From: a virus
Taxonomy: Duplodnaviria; Heunggongvirae; Uroviricota; Caudoviricetes
Strand: one strand, 5' to 3'
DNA: 44,740 nt
Virus record (IMG/VR): IMGVR_UViG_2617271072_000006
Span: 1-44,740 of that record
The notes under the pieces were generated by a model. The model was not told the DNA's origin. It worked only from the letters and a program-made list of their open reading frames with translations, and did not search any database. Within the stretch, counting starts at the first letter, position 1. Every line of letters begins with the position of its first letter. Made by a program: the position numbers and the translations under genes. Below are positions 17,549 to 27,842 of this stretch, piece by piece.

Positions 17549-17907
17549 ATACCTACAGCATCACATTACCCTGGCCTCCGAGCAATAATCGCTATTACCG
17601 CCATAATCGCGGGCGCACGCACGTCAGCGCAGAGGGGCAGGCATACCGCGATAACGTCGCCCGAATCATTAAAAACGCAATGCTGGATATCGGCCTGGCT
17701 ATGCCTGTGAAAATCCGCATTGAGTGCCACATGCCGGATCGCCGTCGCCGTGACCTGGATAATCTGCAAAAAGCCGCTTTTGACGCACTCACTAAAGCAG
17801 GTTTCTGGCTGGATGATGCTCAGGTCGTTGATTACCGCGTTGTGAAGATGCCTGTTACCAAAGGTGGGAGGCTGGAGCTGACCATCACTGAACTGGGAGA
17901 TGAATGA
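17545..17907 (+). CDS. rusA: RusA Holliday-junction resolvase
   Basis: 120-aa [45 protein letters not shown]... matching E. coli RusA as recalled. Confidence 0.95.
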   Translation: MNTYSITLPWPPSNNRYYRHNRGRTHVSAEGQAYRDNVARIIKNAMLDIGLAMPVKIRIECHMPDRRRRDLDNLQKAAFDALTKAGFWLDDAQVVDYRVVKMPVTKGGRLELTITELGDE

Positions 17908-18044
17908 TGTTTGAGTCTTATATGGCAGAACGTCTTCGCCGCCGCTGGGTGCGCCTGCGCTTATATCGTTTTCCTGGTTCTGTTTTGACCGATTACCGGA
18001 TACTGAAGAATTACGCCAAAACACTGAAAGGAGCTGCCGCATGA
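17904..18044 (+). CDS. ylcG: YlcG-like small protein
   Basis: 46-aa [44 protein letters not shown]..., start overlaps rusA stop, stop overlaps the next ATG. Confidence 0.7.
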   Translation: MMFESYMAERLRRRWVRLRLYRFPGSVLTDYRILKNYAKTLKGAAA

Positions 18045-18730
18045 ATACCCAATATTTACAGTATGTCCGCGAGCAACTCATGGTGGCTACCGCTGATTTG
18101 TGCGGAGCAACGAAAGGCCAGCTTGAAGCCTGGCTGGAGCATGCACAATTTGATACTGGTACATACAAACGAAAGAAGCGACGCATTCTGGATGAGGTAA
18201 CTGGCAAGATTATTATGCTGGATAATCCGCCGATTTCCGGTAAGCAGTCGTACGCAAAAGGTTCATCTGTCGCCCTGATCAGTCCGGTCGAGTTTTCAAC
18301 CTCTTCATGGCGCCGCGCTGTTCTGTCTCTCGATGAGCATCAGAAAGCATGGTTGCTGTGGAGTTACAGTGAAAATATTCGCTGGGAGCATCAGGTTGCC
18401 ATAACGCAGTGGGCATGGAGCGAGTTTAAGACTCTGTTGGGTACCAGAAAAATTGCAGGTAAGACACTGGAACGCCTGAAGAAGTTGATCTGGCTGGCGG
18501 CACAGGATGTGAAGAGCGAACTGGCAGGGCGTGAGGCTTATGAATACCAGGAACTGGCGTCACTGGTGGGAGTGACATCAAAAAACTGGTCTGAGACATT
18601 CACTGAACGCTGGGTTGCAATGAAGCACATTTTTCTACAGCTTGATAGCGAAGCTTTATTGCTTCTAACGAGAACACGTTCAAAACAAAAGGCGACATTT
18701 TCACAGCAAAATATTGCAAAACTGGATTAA
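18041..18730 (+). CDS. Putative late antiterminator (Q-like), assigned by position
   Basis: 229-aa ORF directly after rusA-ylcG and before the late leader and lysis genes; not lambda Q by sequence. Confidence 0.5.
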   Translation: MNTQYLQYVREQLMVATADLCGATKGQLEAWLEHAQFDTGTYKRKKRRILDEVTGKIIMLDNPPISGKQSYAKGSSVALISPVEFSTSSWRRAVLSLDEHQKAWLLWSYSENIRWEHQVAITQWAWSEFKTLLGTRKIAGKTLERLKKLIWLAAQDVKSELAGREAYEYQELASLVGVTSKNWSETFTERWVAMKHIFLQLDSEALLLLTRTRSKQKATFSQQNIAKLD

Positions 18731-18911
18731 AAAGCATATATTTCATATAAATCTGATATTTTGCCAATGTTGTACGCACTGGCAGTAATCCAAATTCAAG
18801 CTCGAGGTTTAAAGCCTTGGGCTTTTCTGTTTCTGGGCGGTGAGTATCCTTCCAACCTACCCCAGCCAGGGTGTCTTCAGCTGTTGAGTTGATATTGCTT
18901 AACCCTCTGTT

Positions 18912-18936
18912 GCCAGCTACATGCTGGCTTTTTTAT
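18912..18936 (+). terminator. Rho-independent terminator (tR'-like) in the late leader
   Basis: GCCAGC-TACAT-GCTGGC hairpin followed by TTTTTTAT, between the Q-like gene and the holin. Confidence 0.6.
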
Positions 18937-19039
18937 TCCAGGCTTGCGGGGAGCATCAACTCCGTGCTTTGTCGTTAAATTACCCCGTGAGCCTGATTTC
19001 TGACATTTAACGTCCCGGCCTTTTGTCGGCGGCGAAACA

Positions 19040-19357
19040 TTGGCTATTCATATGCACGAAAAAGAGAGCCTTGCCGGAGCGTTCTGGCTCGTTTTGCTGA
19101 TCATCGCAGGTTGGGGCGGTCTGGTCCGCTACCTGATAGATGTGAAGCAGAGTAAAGCAACGTGGAGTTGGATAAATGCTCTGGCTCAGATAGTTGTATC
19201 AGGATTCACCGGTGTTATTGGTGGCCTGATCAGCATCGAAAGTGGATTCAGTATTTACATGATTCTCGCGACAGCGGGGATTAGTGGTGCGATGGGTTCG
19301 GTTGCACTGACGTACTTCTGGGAACGACTGACAGGGGTGAAAAATGCAAAATCTTAA
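19040..19357 (+). CDS. Putative holin
   Basis: 105-aa ORF with three predicted hydrophobic segments, MAIHM N-terminus and charged C-terminus, immediately upstream of the endolysin. Confidence 0.7.
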   Translation: MAIHMHEKESLAGAFWLVLLIIAGWGGLVRYLIDVKQSKATWSWINALAQIVVSGFTGVIGGLISIESGFSIYMILATAGISGAMGSVALTYFWERLTGVKNAKS

Positions 19358-19820
19358 TCCTCAGCGTAAAGCTTTCCTCGATATGCTGGCGTGGTCAGAG
19401 GGAACTGATAACGGACGTCAGAAAACCAGAAATCATGGTTATGACGTCATTGTAGGCGGAGAGCTATTTACTGATTACTCCGATCACCCTCGCAAACTTG
19501 TCACGCTAAACCCAAAACTCAAATCAACAGCAGCCGGGCGCTACCAGCTTCTTTCCCGTTGGTGGGATTCCTATCGTAAGCAGCTTGGCCTGAAAGACTT
19601 CTCTCCGAAAAGCCAAGACGCTGTGGCATTGCAGCAGATTAAAGAGCGTGGCGCTTTACCGATGATTGATCGCGGTGATATCCGTCAGGCTATCGATCGT
19701 TGCAGCAATATCTGGGCGTCGTTACCTGGTGCAGGTTACGGTCAGTATGAACATAAAATCAGTGACCTGATTTCCCGGTTTAAAGAGGCTGGTGGGGTGG
19801 TAAATGAAGTTGAGCTATAA
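19344..19820 (+). CDS. R: Endolysin, lambda R-type lytic transglycosylase
   Basis: 158-aa ORF near-identical to lambda R as recalled (NPQRKAFLDMLAWSEGTDNGRQKTRNHGYDVIVGGELFTDYSDHPRKL...). Confidence 0.95.
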   Translation: MQNLNPQRKAFLDMLAWSEGTDNGRQKTRNHGYDVIVGGELFTDYSDHPRKLVTLNPKLKSTAAGRYQLLSRWWDSYRKQLGLKDFSPKSQDAVALQQIKERGALPMIDRGDIRQAIDRCSNIWASLPGAGYGQYEHKISDLISRFKEAGGVVNEVEL

Positions 19821-20196
19821 GCTGGTTATCGCTGCATTCTTCTTTATTGTCATTGGTTCTTTCATCTGGTCTGCCAACCACTACTACAGCAAATATCAGC
19901 ACGAAAAGAAACGTGCTGATGAGGCTGTACAAAATGCCAAATCGGCAACTGCCATTACCAATAACGTCCTGCAATCACTGCAAATCGTCAATACAGTACT
20001 GGAGGCTAACCAGCATGCAAAACAGCAGATCGCACTGGGGTCACAGAGAACCCAGGAAGATATCAAAATGGCTGTTGCGGATGATGATTGTGCTTCACGT
20101 GCTGTGCCTGCTGCCGCTGCTGACCGGTTGCGGAAGTACGCGGACAGTTTACGTGAGCATTCCGGTGGCACCACTGCCACCCAGCCTGACTTCTGA
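19804..20196 (+). CDS. Rz: Rz-like i-spanin
   Basis: 130-aa ORF with N-terminal transmembrane segment and coiled-coil-like periplasmic region, overlapping R end. Confidence 0.7.
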   Translation: MKLSYKLVIAAFFFIVIGSFIWSANHYYSKYQHEKKRADEAVQNAKSATAITNNVLQSLQIVNTVLEANQHAKQQIALGSQRTQEDIKMAVADDDCASRAVPAAAADRLRKYADSLREHSGGTTATQPDF

Positions 20197-20338
20197 TACT
20201 CCTGTACCGTTTATACCTAATCCGCTGACGTATGGTGCCAGTCTGGAGCTGAATGTGAGTCTGATGGGGGCGCTGGGAATGTGTAACAGGGATAAAGAAG
20301 ATATTAGAACGATTGAGCAATCACGATCCTCGCAATAG
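20081..20338 (+). CDS. Rz1: Rz1-like o-spanin lipoprotein
   Basis: +1-frame ORF starting inside Rz: MMIVLHVLCLLPLLTGC lipobox, proline-rich mature region; extends past the Rz stop. Confidence 0.7.
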   Translation: MMIVLHVLCLLPLLTGCGSTRTVYVSIPVAPLPPSLTSDTPVPFIPNPLTYGASLELNVSLMGALGMCNRDKEDIRTIEQSRSSQ

Positions 20339-20361
20339 TGGGGTTTTTTAACAACTGAGGA

Positions 20362-20565
20362 ATGAGCATGACAGTAGTTCTTACAGCAAAACAGATTGAA
20401 GACCTGTCAGCCTTCGCAAAAGAAGATGGCCAGCCCAAGTACACCATCACCACCGGGACAATCCCGAAATTCGAAGCAGAAGATGGCGAGATTATCCCTG
20501 AATACACAGGACTGATCGCCTACTCAGAGTCACTTGAGCGCGGTGTGTTGCAACTCGACGACTAG
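20362..20565 (+). CDS. Hypothetical small protein downstream of lysis genes
   Basis: 67-aa ORF, no recognisable motif. Confidence 0.4.
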   Translation: MSMTVVLTAKQIEDLSAFAKEDGQPKYTITTGTIPKFEAEDGEIIPEYTGLIAYSESLERGVLQLDD

Positions 20566-20633
20566 CGGCATTACAGCAGTCATTCACTGAGTGTATGAGA
20601 TATAGCAAATTTGTATAGTATCGGAAGCGAGCA

Positions 20634-20669
20634 TTTGACATGGCTAACAATCTCAAAAGCCATGTCAAA
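20634..20669. terminator. Strong hairpin between convergent genes
   Basis: Perfect 11-bp stem TTGACATGGCT / AGCCATGTCAA with 12-nt loop between the + strand 67-aa ORF and the - strand moron. Confidence 0.5.
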
Positions 20670-20676
20670 GCTAATC

Positions 20677-21027
20677 TTATTTATTGAAGATCTGAAATAG
20701 AAGGCTACATATCGTAGCAATATTTGCCCCATAAGATAGGTATTTTGTAAACCCTATTCCATCAAATACAGTTAGCTGCTCTTGTTCAGTAGTAGCTTTG
20801 CTACTTACCAGCTCTTCATATGCCTGCTTTAGTTGTTCCAGAGGCGTTTCAGCTCTAATTCCTGCTGCATGAAGAGCCTGGATATTATCTTTATAGTTGA
20901 CTCCGTGTCCTTCATTTTCAGAGATATCAGTACCTATTATGACTAAATCTAAAGGATTACCGGCCTCGACTCTAATGCCATCACCGCCATTACCTTTAAT
21001 ACGGCCACCAATTAATGTTAATGTCAT
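20677..21027 (-). CDS. Hypothetical protein (AT-rich moron between lysis and packaging modules)
   Basis: 116-aa ORF with good RBS (AGGAAA, 8-nt spacer), own AT-rich upstream region, opposite strand to flanking late genes; possible beta-helix-like repeats (GGDGIRVEAG...IIGTDISENEG). Confidence 0.5.
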   Translation of the reverse strand: MTLTLIGGRIKGNGGDGIRVEAGNPLDLVIIGTDISENEGHGVNYKDNIQALHAAGIRAETPLEQLKQAYEELVSSKATTEQEQLTVFDGIGFTKYLSYGANIATICSLLFQIFNK

Positions 21028-21285
21028 TAATACTTTCCTTTATCAGATGAAAAATAAATTCTATTTTACATCACTAGCCACGTAAAAATATAAAGAATAT
21101 TTCCAGAATTGTTGTGGCTCACATTTTCTATAACTAAATACTATATCGCTGTCGTCTTTGAGTAAATGCTACTTAATCTGTCTACAAGCATTTTTATAGT
21201 CATCACAATGGGCGGATCCATCGTAATGGCTTAACATGAGCACTACTATGCTCCCTGCAAAAAACACATAACAGAAGGGCGGACA

Positions 21286-21636
21286 ATGCCACCACGCACA
21301 CCAAAGGCTTGCAGAGCAAGAGGCTGCCGCAACACGACAACCGATTCATCAGGCTACTGCGAGCTACACAAAAGCGAAGGCTGGAAGCAATACAAGCCAG
21401 GTCAGTCCCGTCATCAGCGCGGTTATGGTTCGAAGTGGGATGTTATCCGCGTGCGTGTGCTGAAGCGTGACAAAGGCCTGTGTCAGTTATGTCTGCGTGC
21501 TGGTGTGGTGCGTGAGGCGAAAACCGTTGACCACATCATCGCTAAAGCGCATGGCGGCACTGATGCCGACTGCAATCTGCAGAGTTTGTGCTGGCCGTGT
21601 CATAAGGCGAAGACGGCCCGTGAACGGCTGAAGTAA
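21286..21636 (+). CDS. HNH endonuclease (packaging-associated)
   Basis: 116-aa ORF with Cys/His-rich HNH motifs (CQLCLRAG...VDHIIAKAHGGTDADCNLQSLCWPCHKAK), directly upstream of the terminase genes. Confidence 0.85.
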   Translation: MPPRTPKACRARGCRNTTTDSSGYCELHKSEGWKQYKPGQSRHQRGYGSKWDVIRVRVLKRDKGLCQLCLRAGVVREAKTVDHIIAKAHGGTDADCNLQSLCWPCHKAKTARERLK

Positions 21637-21662
21637 GAACCAGTTCCCACTGCCAGAGGGGA

Positions 21663-21723
21663 GGGGCGGGTCAAATCCCTGTGACCTGACGTCTTCCGGA
21701 CTGCCCGCCCCATCCGTTTTTTT
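21663..21723 (+). terminator. Large GC-rich inverted repeat followed by T7 tract between HNH and terS (terminator or cos-proximal structure)
   Basis: GGGGCGGG (21663-21670) pairs with CCCGCCCC (21704-21711); TTTTTTT at 21717-21723. Confidence 0.4.
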
Positions 21724-21762
21724 ATACCCGCGAAAAATGAAATTTAACCAGGAGTGCCACAT

Positions 21763-22257
21763 ATGGCTGGAACGGCGGGGCGTTCCGGGCGTCGCCCCAA
21801 GCCAACGGCGCGCAAGGCGCTGGCCGGAAACCCCGGCAAGCGAGCCCTGAACAAAGATGAACCTGTTTTTACGCCCATCAAAGGTGTTGAGCCACCGGAG
21901 TGGTTCGCTGAAGAAGATCTCCCTCTCGCCACGATCATGTGGCAACTGACAACCAAAGAACTCTGCGGTCAGGGCCTGCTGTGCGTGACTGACTTGGCGG
22001 TACTTGAGCGGTGGTGCGTGGCCTACGAGTTCTGGCGACGTGCCGTGAAAAATATTGCCAGACAGGGCAACACCATCACCGGTGCAATGGGTGGCATGGT
22101 CAAAAATCCGGAGCTGACCGCCAAGAAAGAACAGGAGTCCGAGATGAGCAGCACGGGGGCAATGCTCGGACTCGACCCCAGCAGCCGCCAGCGTCTGATT
22201 GGCCTGGCGGGGCAGAAGAAAGCCACTAACCCGTTTCTGAAAATCATCGAATCATGA
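21763..22257 (+). CDS. Terminase small subunit
   Basis: ORF 21754-22257 (likely ATG 21763 after AGGAG), positioned between HNH and the large terminase subunit with ATGA overlap. Confidence 0.8.
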   Translation: MAGTAGRSGRRPKPTARKALAGNPGKRALNKDEPVFTPIKGVEPPEWFAEEDLPLATIMWQLTTKELCGQGLLCVTDLAVLERWCVAYEFWRRAVKNIARQGNTITGAMGGMVKNPELTAKKEQESEMSSTGAMLGLDPSSRQRLIGLAGQKKATNPFLKIIES

Positions 22258-23986
22258 GCCGGAAATCTTACCCCAACGTAAATGCTGCCAATCAGTATGC
22301 CCGTGATGTCGTGCGCGGAAAGATTGTGGCCTGCCAGTTTGTGATTCAGGCCTGCCAGCGCCATCTTGATGACCTGATGGTGGAAAAAGTAAGTCGTTTC
22401 GTTACCGCTTCGACAAGGACCTGGCTGAACGGGCCGCGAAATTTATTCAGCTGTTGCCACACACCAAGGGGGAGTGGGCATTCAAGAGGATGCCCATCAC
22501 GCTGGAACCGTGGCAGCTCTTTGTGATCTGCTGTGCGTTTGGCTGGGTCAATAAAGGCTCCCGGCTGCGCCGCTTCAGGGAGGTGTATACCGAAATCCCC
22601 CGTAAGAACGGCAAATCGGCAATCTCTGCCGGTGTTGCCCTGTATTGTTTTGCCTGTGATAACGAGTTTGGCGCGGAAGTGTATTCCGGTGCCACGACAG
22701 AGAAACAGGCGTGGGAAGTCTTTCGCCCGGCGCGACTGATGTGTAAACGCACACCCATGCTGACGGAAGCGTTCGGGATTGAGGTTAACGCCTCAAACAT
22801 GAACCGTCCGGAGGATGGCGCGCGGTTTGAACCGCTGATCGGTAACCCCGGTGATGGTTCATCACCCCACTGTGCCGTGGTGGATGAATATCACGAGCAC
22901 GCCACCGATGCGCTTTATACCACGATGCTTACCGGGATGGGCGCGCGACGTCAGCCACTGATGTGGGCCATCACCACCGCCGGGTACAACATTGAGGGGC
23001 CGTGCTACGACAAGCGGCGGGAAGTTATCGAGATGCTCAACGGTTCGGTACCCAACGATGAACTGTTCGGGATCATCTATACCGTTGACGAAGGCGATGA
23101 CTGGACCGACCCGCAGGTGCTGGAAAAAGCTAACCCGAATATTGGCGTGTCGGTTTATCGCGAATTTTTGTTAAGTCAGCAGCAGCGTGCGAAAAATAAC
23201 GCCCGTCTGGCAAACGTCTTTAAAACAAAACACCTCAATATCTGGGTGTCGGCGCGTTCGGCGTATTTCAACCTGGTGAGCTGGCAGAGCTGCGAGGATA
23301 AATCACTGACCCTTGAGCAGTTCGAGGGGCAACCGTGCATTCTGGCCTTTGACCTGGCGCGTAAGCTGGATATGAACAGCATGGCGCGACTTTATACCCG
23401 CGAGATTGACGGTAAAACGCATTACTACAGTGTGGCTCCGCGCTTCTGGGTACCGTATGACACGGTGTACAGCGTCGAGAAAAATGAAGATCGCCGGACA
23501 GCCGAACGCTTTCAGAAATGGGTGGAAATGGGCGTTCTGACCGTTACCGATGGTGCGGAGGTGGATTATCGCTACATCCTCGAGGAGGCCAAAGCGGCGA
23601 ACAAAATCAGCCCGGTCAGTGAGTCACCCATCGACCCCTTCGGGGCGACCGGGTTGTCACATGACCTTGCTGATGAAGACCTGAATCCCGTCACTATCAT
23701 TCAGAACTACACCAACATGTCCGACCCGATGAAAGAGCTGGAAGCGGCAATTGAATCGGGGCGCTTTCATCATGATGGCAATCCCATCATGACCTGGTGT
23801 ATCGGCAATGTGGTCGGCAAAACCATTCCGGGTAACGATGATGTGGTGAAACCCGTCAAAGAGCAGGCGGAAAACAAAATTGACGGTGCAGTTGCGCTGA
23901 TTATGGCGGTTGGCAGAGCCATGCTGTATGAGAAAGAAGACACGCTGTCTGACCACATTGAGTCCTATGGGATCCGCTCGCTTTAA
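22254..23986 (+). CDS. Terminase large subunit; frameshifted as assembled
   Basis: N-terminal ORF 22254-22526 and main ORF 22454-23986 join in frame if one base is restored near 22397-22401; reading of the junction ([19 protein letters not shown]) is my reconstruction. Confidence 0.85.
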
Positions 23987-23997
23987 CTGAGGTAATT

Positions 23998-24180
23998 ATG
24001 ATCATGCTGATTCTCGCGCCTCTGGTGGGCGTGCTGGGGGCGCTTTTGCTGGCGTATGGTGCCTGGCTGATTTATCCCCCGGCGGGGTTTGTTGTTGCCG
24101 GGGCGTTGTGCCTGTTCTGGTCGTGGCTGGTGGCGCGATATCTCGACCGTACACAGTCGTCTGTCGGCGGAGGTAAATAG
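23998..24180 (+). CDS. Small hydrophobic membrane protein
   Basis: 60-aa ORF, two predicted transmembrane helices, between terminase and portal. Confidence 0.5.
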
Positions 24181-25421
24181 TGTTCTTTTCGGGATTATTT
24201 CAACGAAAAAGTGACGCACCGGTGACCACGCCAGCAGAGCTGGCGGATGCTATCGGGTTGTCCTACGACACCTATACCGGAAAGCAGATCAGCAGCCAGC
24301 GGGCCATGCGACTGACGGCGGTTTTTTCCTGCGTCAGGGTGCTGGCAGAGTCGGTCGGGATGTTGCCCTGCAATCTGTATCACCTGAACGGCAGCCTGAA
24401 ACAGAGAGCCACCGGCGAGCGTCTGCATAAGCTGATCTCCACGCATCCCAATGGCTATATGACGCCGCAGGAGTTCTGGGAGCTGGTGGTCACCTGTCTG
24501 TGCCTGCGGGGAAACTTTTACGCCTACAAAGTGAAAGCATTTGGCGAAGTGGCTGAACTGCTGCCCGTCGATCCCGGCTGTGTGGTACCGAAGCTTAACA
24601 GTAGCTGGGAGCCGGTCTATCAGGTCACATTCCCGGACGGCTCCACGGATGTACTGAGCCAGGAAGATATCTGGCATGTGCGCACGCTGACGCTGGACGG
24701 TCTGGTGGGGCTGAATCCCATCGCCTATGCCCGCGAGGCAATATCGCTGGCAGCTGCGACCGAAGAGCACGGGGCCAGACTGTTCAGCAATGGTGCGGTG
24801 ACGTCCGGTGTGTTGCGTACAGAGCAGACGCTGTCGGATCAGGCTTATGAGCGCCTGAAGAAAGATTTTGAGGAGCGTCACACCGGGCTTGGCAATGCTC
24901 ACCGCCCGATGATCCTTGAGATGGGGCTGGACTGGAAGTCGATGGCGCTGAACGCCGAGGACAGCCAGTTCCTGGAAACCCGCAAGTTTCAGCTTGAAGA
25001 AATCTGTCGTCTGTTCCGGGTGCCGTTGCACATGGTGCAGAACACCGATCGCGCCACCTTCAACAATATCGAAGAGCTGGGGCTGGGATTTATCAACTAT
25101 TCACTGGTGCCGTATCTGACCCGCATCGAACAGCGGATCAACACCGGACTGGTACGAAAAAGTAAGCAGGGCGTTTATTACGCCAAATTTAACGCCGGGG
25201 CGTTACTGCGCGGGGATATGAAGTCCCGTTTTGAAGCCTACGCCACCGGGATCAACTGGGGAATTTACTCTCCCAATGACTGCCGCGACCTGGAAGATAT
25301 GAATCCGCGTCCCGGTGGTGATGTCTATCTCACACCGATGAACATGACCACGAAACCCTCCGATGGCAGTAAAGCCGGTAAGCAGAAGGATAACGCCAAT
25401 GCAGACGAAACAACGTCTTGA
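24180..25421 (+). CDS. Portal protein (HK97 family)
   Basis: 413-aa ORF, GTG start with GGAGG RBS; size and position (after terminase, before prohead protease) typical of HK97-type portals. Confidence 0.8.
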   Translation: MFFSGLFQRKSDAPVTTPAELADAIGLSYDTYTGKQISSQRAMRLTAVFSCVRVLAESVGMLPCNLYHLNGSLKQRATGERLHKLISTHPNGYMTPQEFWELVVTCLCLRGNFYAYKVKAFGEVAELLPVDPGCVVPKLNSSWEPVYQVTFPDGSTDVLSQEDIWHVRTLTLDGLVGLNPIAYAREAISLAAATEEHGARLFSNGAVTSGVLRTEQTLSDQAYERLKKDFEERHTGLGNAHRPMILEMGLDWKSMALNAEDSQFLETRKFQLEEICRLFRVPLHMVQNTDRATFNNIEELGLGFINYSLVPYLTRIEQRINTGLVRKSKQGVYYAKFNAGALLRGDMKSRFEAYATGINWGIYSPNDCRDLEDMNPRPGGDVYLTPMNMTTKPSDGSKAGKQKDNANADETTS

Positions 25422-26050
25422 TGTACCGCTGAGTCTGAAATCTGTCAGTGACTCCGGTGAGTTTGAAGGGTATGGCTCCGTCTTTGGTGTAAAGGACAGC
25501 CACGATGATGTGGTGATGTCCGGGGCATTTGCTGCTTCCCTGCGGGCGTGGAGTGACAGAAAAGCGTTACCTGCGCTGCTCTGGCAGCACCGCATGGATG
25601 AACCCATCGGTGTTTACACCGAAATGAAGGAAGACGATGTCGGGCTTTACGTCAGGGGACGGTTGCTTATTGATGATGATCCCCTCGCAAAAACGCGCAC
25701 ATGCACACATGAAGGCCGGTTCGTTAACCGGCCTTTCTATTGGGTACGTCCTGAAAGACTGGGAATACGACCGGAGCAAAGAAGCCTTTCTGCTGAAAGA
25801 AATCGACCTCTGGGAAGTCAGCCTGGTGACGTTCCCGTCTAACGACGAGGCGCGGATCAGCGACGTCAAGAACGCACTGGCCCGCGGGGAAATCCCCGAA
25901 CAGAAAAAAATCGAAAGAGTCCTGCGTGATGTCGGACTCTCCCGTACCCAGGCCAAAGCATTCATGGCCGGGGGCTATGGCGCACTGTCCCTGCGCGACG
26001 CTGAGGATGTGGGCTCTGCACTGAATGCACTGAAAAATCTGAACTTCTAA
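25399..26050 (+). CDS. Prohead protease (HK97 family); frameshifted as assembled
   Basis: ORFs 25363-25842 and 25637-26050 are two frames of one protease; frames differ by one base around the C4/A5 runs at 25681-25693; start may be 25363 or ATG 25399. Confidence 0.75.
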
Positions 26051-26064
26051 TCAGGAGAAATACG

Positions 26065-27267
26065 ATGGCGGTTGATATTAAAGATGTCGAACAGGTCGCG
26101 CAGGAGCTGCAGCAGAAGTTTGACGACTTCAAAGCAAAGAACGACAAGCGCGTGGATGCGATTGAGCAGGAAAAAGGCAAGCTTGCCGGGCAGGTGGAAA
26201 CCCTGAACGGGAAACTCAGCGAGCTGGAAAATCTCAAAAGCGACCTTGAAAAAGAGCTGCTTGAGCTGAAACGTCCGGCAGGTGGAGCGCAAAATAAACT
26301 GGCCACCGAGCATAAAGAGGCGTTTGTGGGCTTCCTGCGTAAAGGCCGTGAAGACGGTCTGCGCGATCTGGAGCGTAAGGCATTGCAGGTGGGTACCGAT
26401 GAAGACGGTGCTACGCCGTGCCGGAAGAACTGGATCGCAACATTCTTAACCTGCTGAAAGATGAAGTGGTGATGCGTCAGGAACCACGGTGATCACCGTT
26501 GGCGGTTCCGACTACAAAAACTGGTGAATCTGGGCGGTACGGCTTCCGGATGGGTGGGGGAAACGGATACGCGATCCCAGACTGCCACCTCCAGACTGGA
26601 GCTGATTGAACCTCTCATGGGGGAAATCTACGGCAACCCGCAGGCTACCCAGAAAATGCTGGACGATGCCTTCTTCAACGTGGAGGCCTGGATCAACAGC
26701 GAGCTGGCAACCGAATTTGCCGAACAGGAAGAAATTGCCTTTACCTCAGGCAATGGCACCAAGAAGCCGAAAGGGTTCCTGGCGTATGAATCCACGGATG
26801 AAACCGACAAGGTCCGGGCGTTCGGCAAACTTCAGCATATTGTATCCGGCGAAGCGACCGCGGTGACCGCAGACGCCATTATCAAACTGATTTACACGCT
26901 GCGTAAGGCACACCGCACTGGCGCGAAGTTCATGATGAACAACAACAGCCTGTTTGCCATACGTCTGCTGAAAGACAGCGAGGGTAACTATCTGTGGCGT
27001 CCGGGGCTGGAGCTGGGGCAGCCGTCCTCTCTGGCGGGTTACGGTATCGCTGAAAACGAACAGATGCCGGATATCGCCGCTGATGCGAAAGCCATTGCAT
27101 TTGGTAACTTCAAACGGGGTTACACCATCGTTGACCGTATCGGCACCCGCATTCTGCGTGACCCGTACACCAATAAACCGTTTGTCGGTTTTTATACCAC
27201 CAAACGCACCGGCGGCATGCTGGTCGATTCGCAGGCCATCAAACTGCTGAAGATTGCAGTGGCGTAA
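26065..27267 (+). CDS. Major capsid protein (HK97 fold) with N-terminal coiled-coil delta domain; three frameshifts as assembled
   Basis: ORF 26065-26457 (coiled coil) and 26524-27267 (capsid body) are connected through three single-base deletions at ~26410, ~26482 and 26516-26520. Confidence 0.8.
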
Positions 27268-27315
27268 TCACTCAGGGGCGCGGAACCGCGCCCCTGTTCT
27301 GACGGGTGAAGAATC

Positions 27316-27516
27316 ATGATCCTGAAACAAGATCTGAAATGGTCACCGGACGGTATGCGTGTTGAGGTCATTCGGGCCGGTGAGTATGACGACGGGGCGC
27401 TTCCTGCCCGGGTGCAGGAGATTGCACTTCAGGCCGGGTTAGCAGAGCGCGGAACCAGTGCAAAAAGCAATAAAGCGACAAAAGAGAAAAAAGCCACGAC
27501 CAGTAAAGAGGGCTGA
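27316..27516 (+). CDS. Hypothetical head-module protein
   Basis: 66-aa ORF between capsid and connector genes. Confidence 0.4.
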   Translation: MILKQDLKWSPDGMRVEVIRAGEYDDGALPARVQEIALQAGLAERGTSAKSNKATKEKKATTSKEG

Positions 27517-27518
27517 GT

Positions 27519-27842
27519 ATGCTTCTGACAATGGAAGAGATTAAAGCCCAACTCCGGCTGGATGAGGATTTCGATGCTGATGACCGCCATCTGCAACTGC
27601 TGGCCTGTGCGGCACAAAAGCGGACAGAAACGTATCTGAACCGGAAGCTCTATGCACCGGATGAAACCATTCCGGACAGCGATCCGGACGGGCTGCACCT
27701 GCCGGATGATATTCGTCTGGGGATGCTGATGCTTATCAGCCATTTTTACGAAAACCGCTCGTCGGTTACGGAAGTGGAGAAACTCGACATGCCGCAGAGT
27801 TTTGGCTGGCTTGTCGGCCCGTACAGGTACTTTCCGCAATGA
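27519..27842 (+). CDS. Head-tail connector (gp6-like)
   Basis: 107-aa ORF in the conserved position after the capsid gene. Confidence 0.65.
   Translation: MLLTMEEIKAQLRLDEDFDADDRHLQLLACAAQKRTETYLNRKLYAPDETIPDSDPDGLHLPDDIRLGMLMLISHFYENRSSVTEVEKLDMPQSFGWLVGPYRYFPQ

Noticed and set aside
21655-21715. Possible tRNA (GGGTCAAATCCC resembles a T-loop)
   Set aside because: No acceptor stem, D-arm or anticodon arm can be folded; the region is a long GC inverted repeat with a T tract, more consistent with a terminator or cos-proximal structure.
24195-25031. 278-aa minus-strand ORF
   Set aside because: Antisense to the portal gene in a high-GC block; Arg/Gln/Leu-rich low-complexity translation; the same applies to other long antisense ORFs in the head and tail genes.
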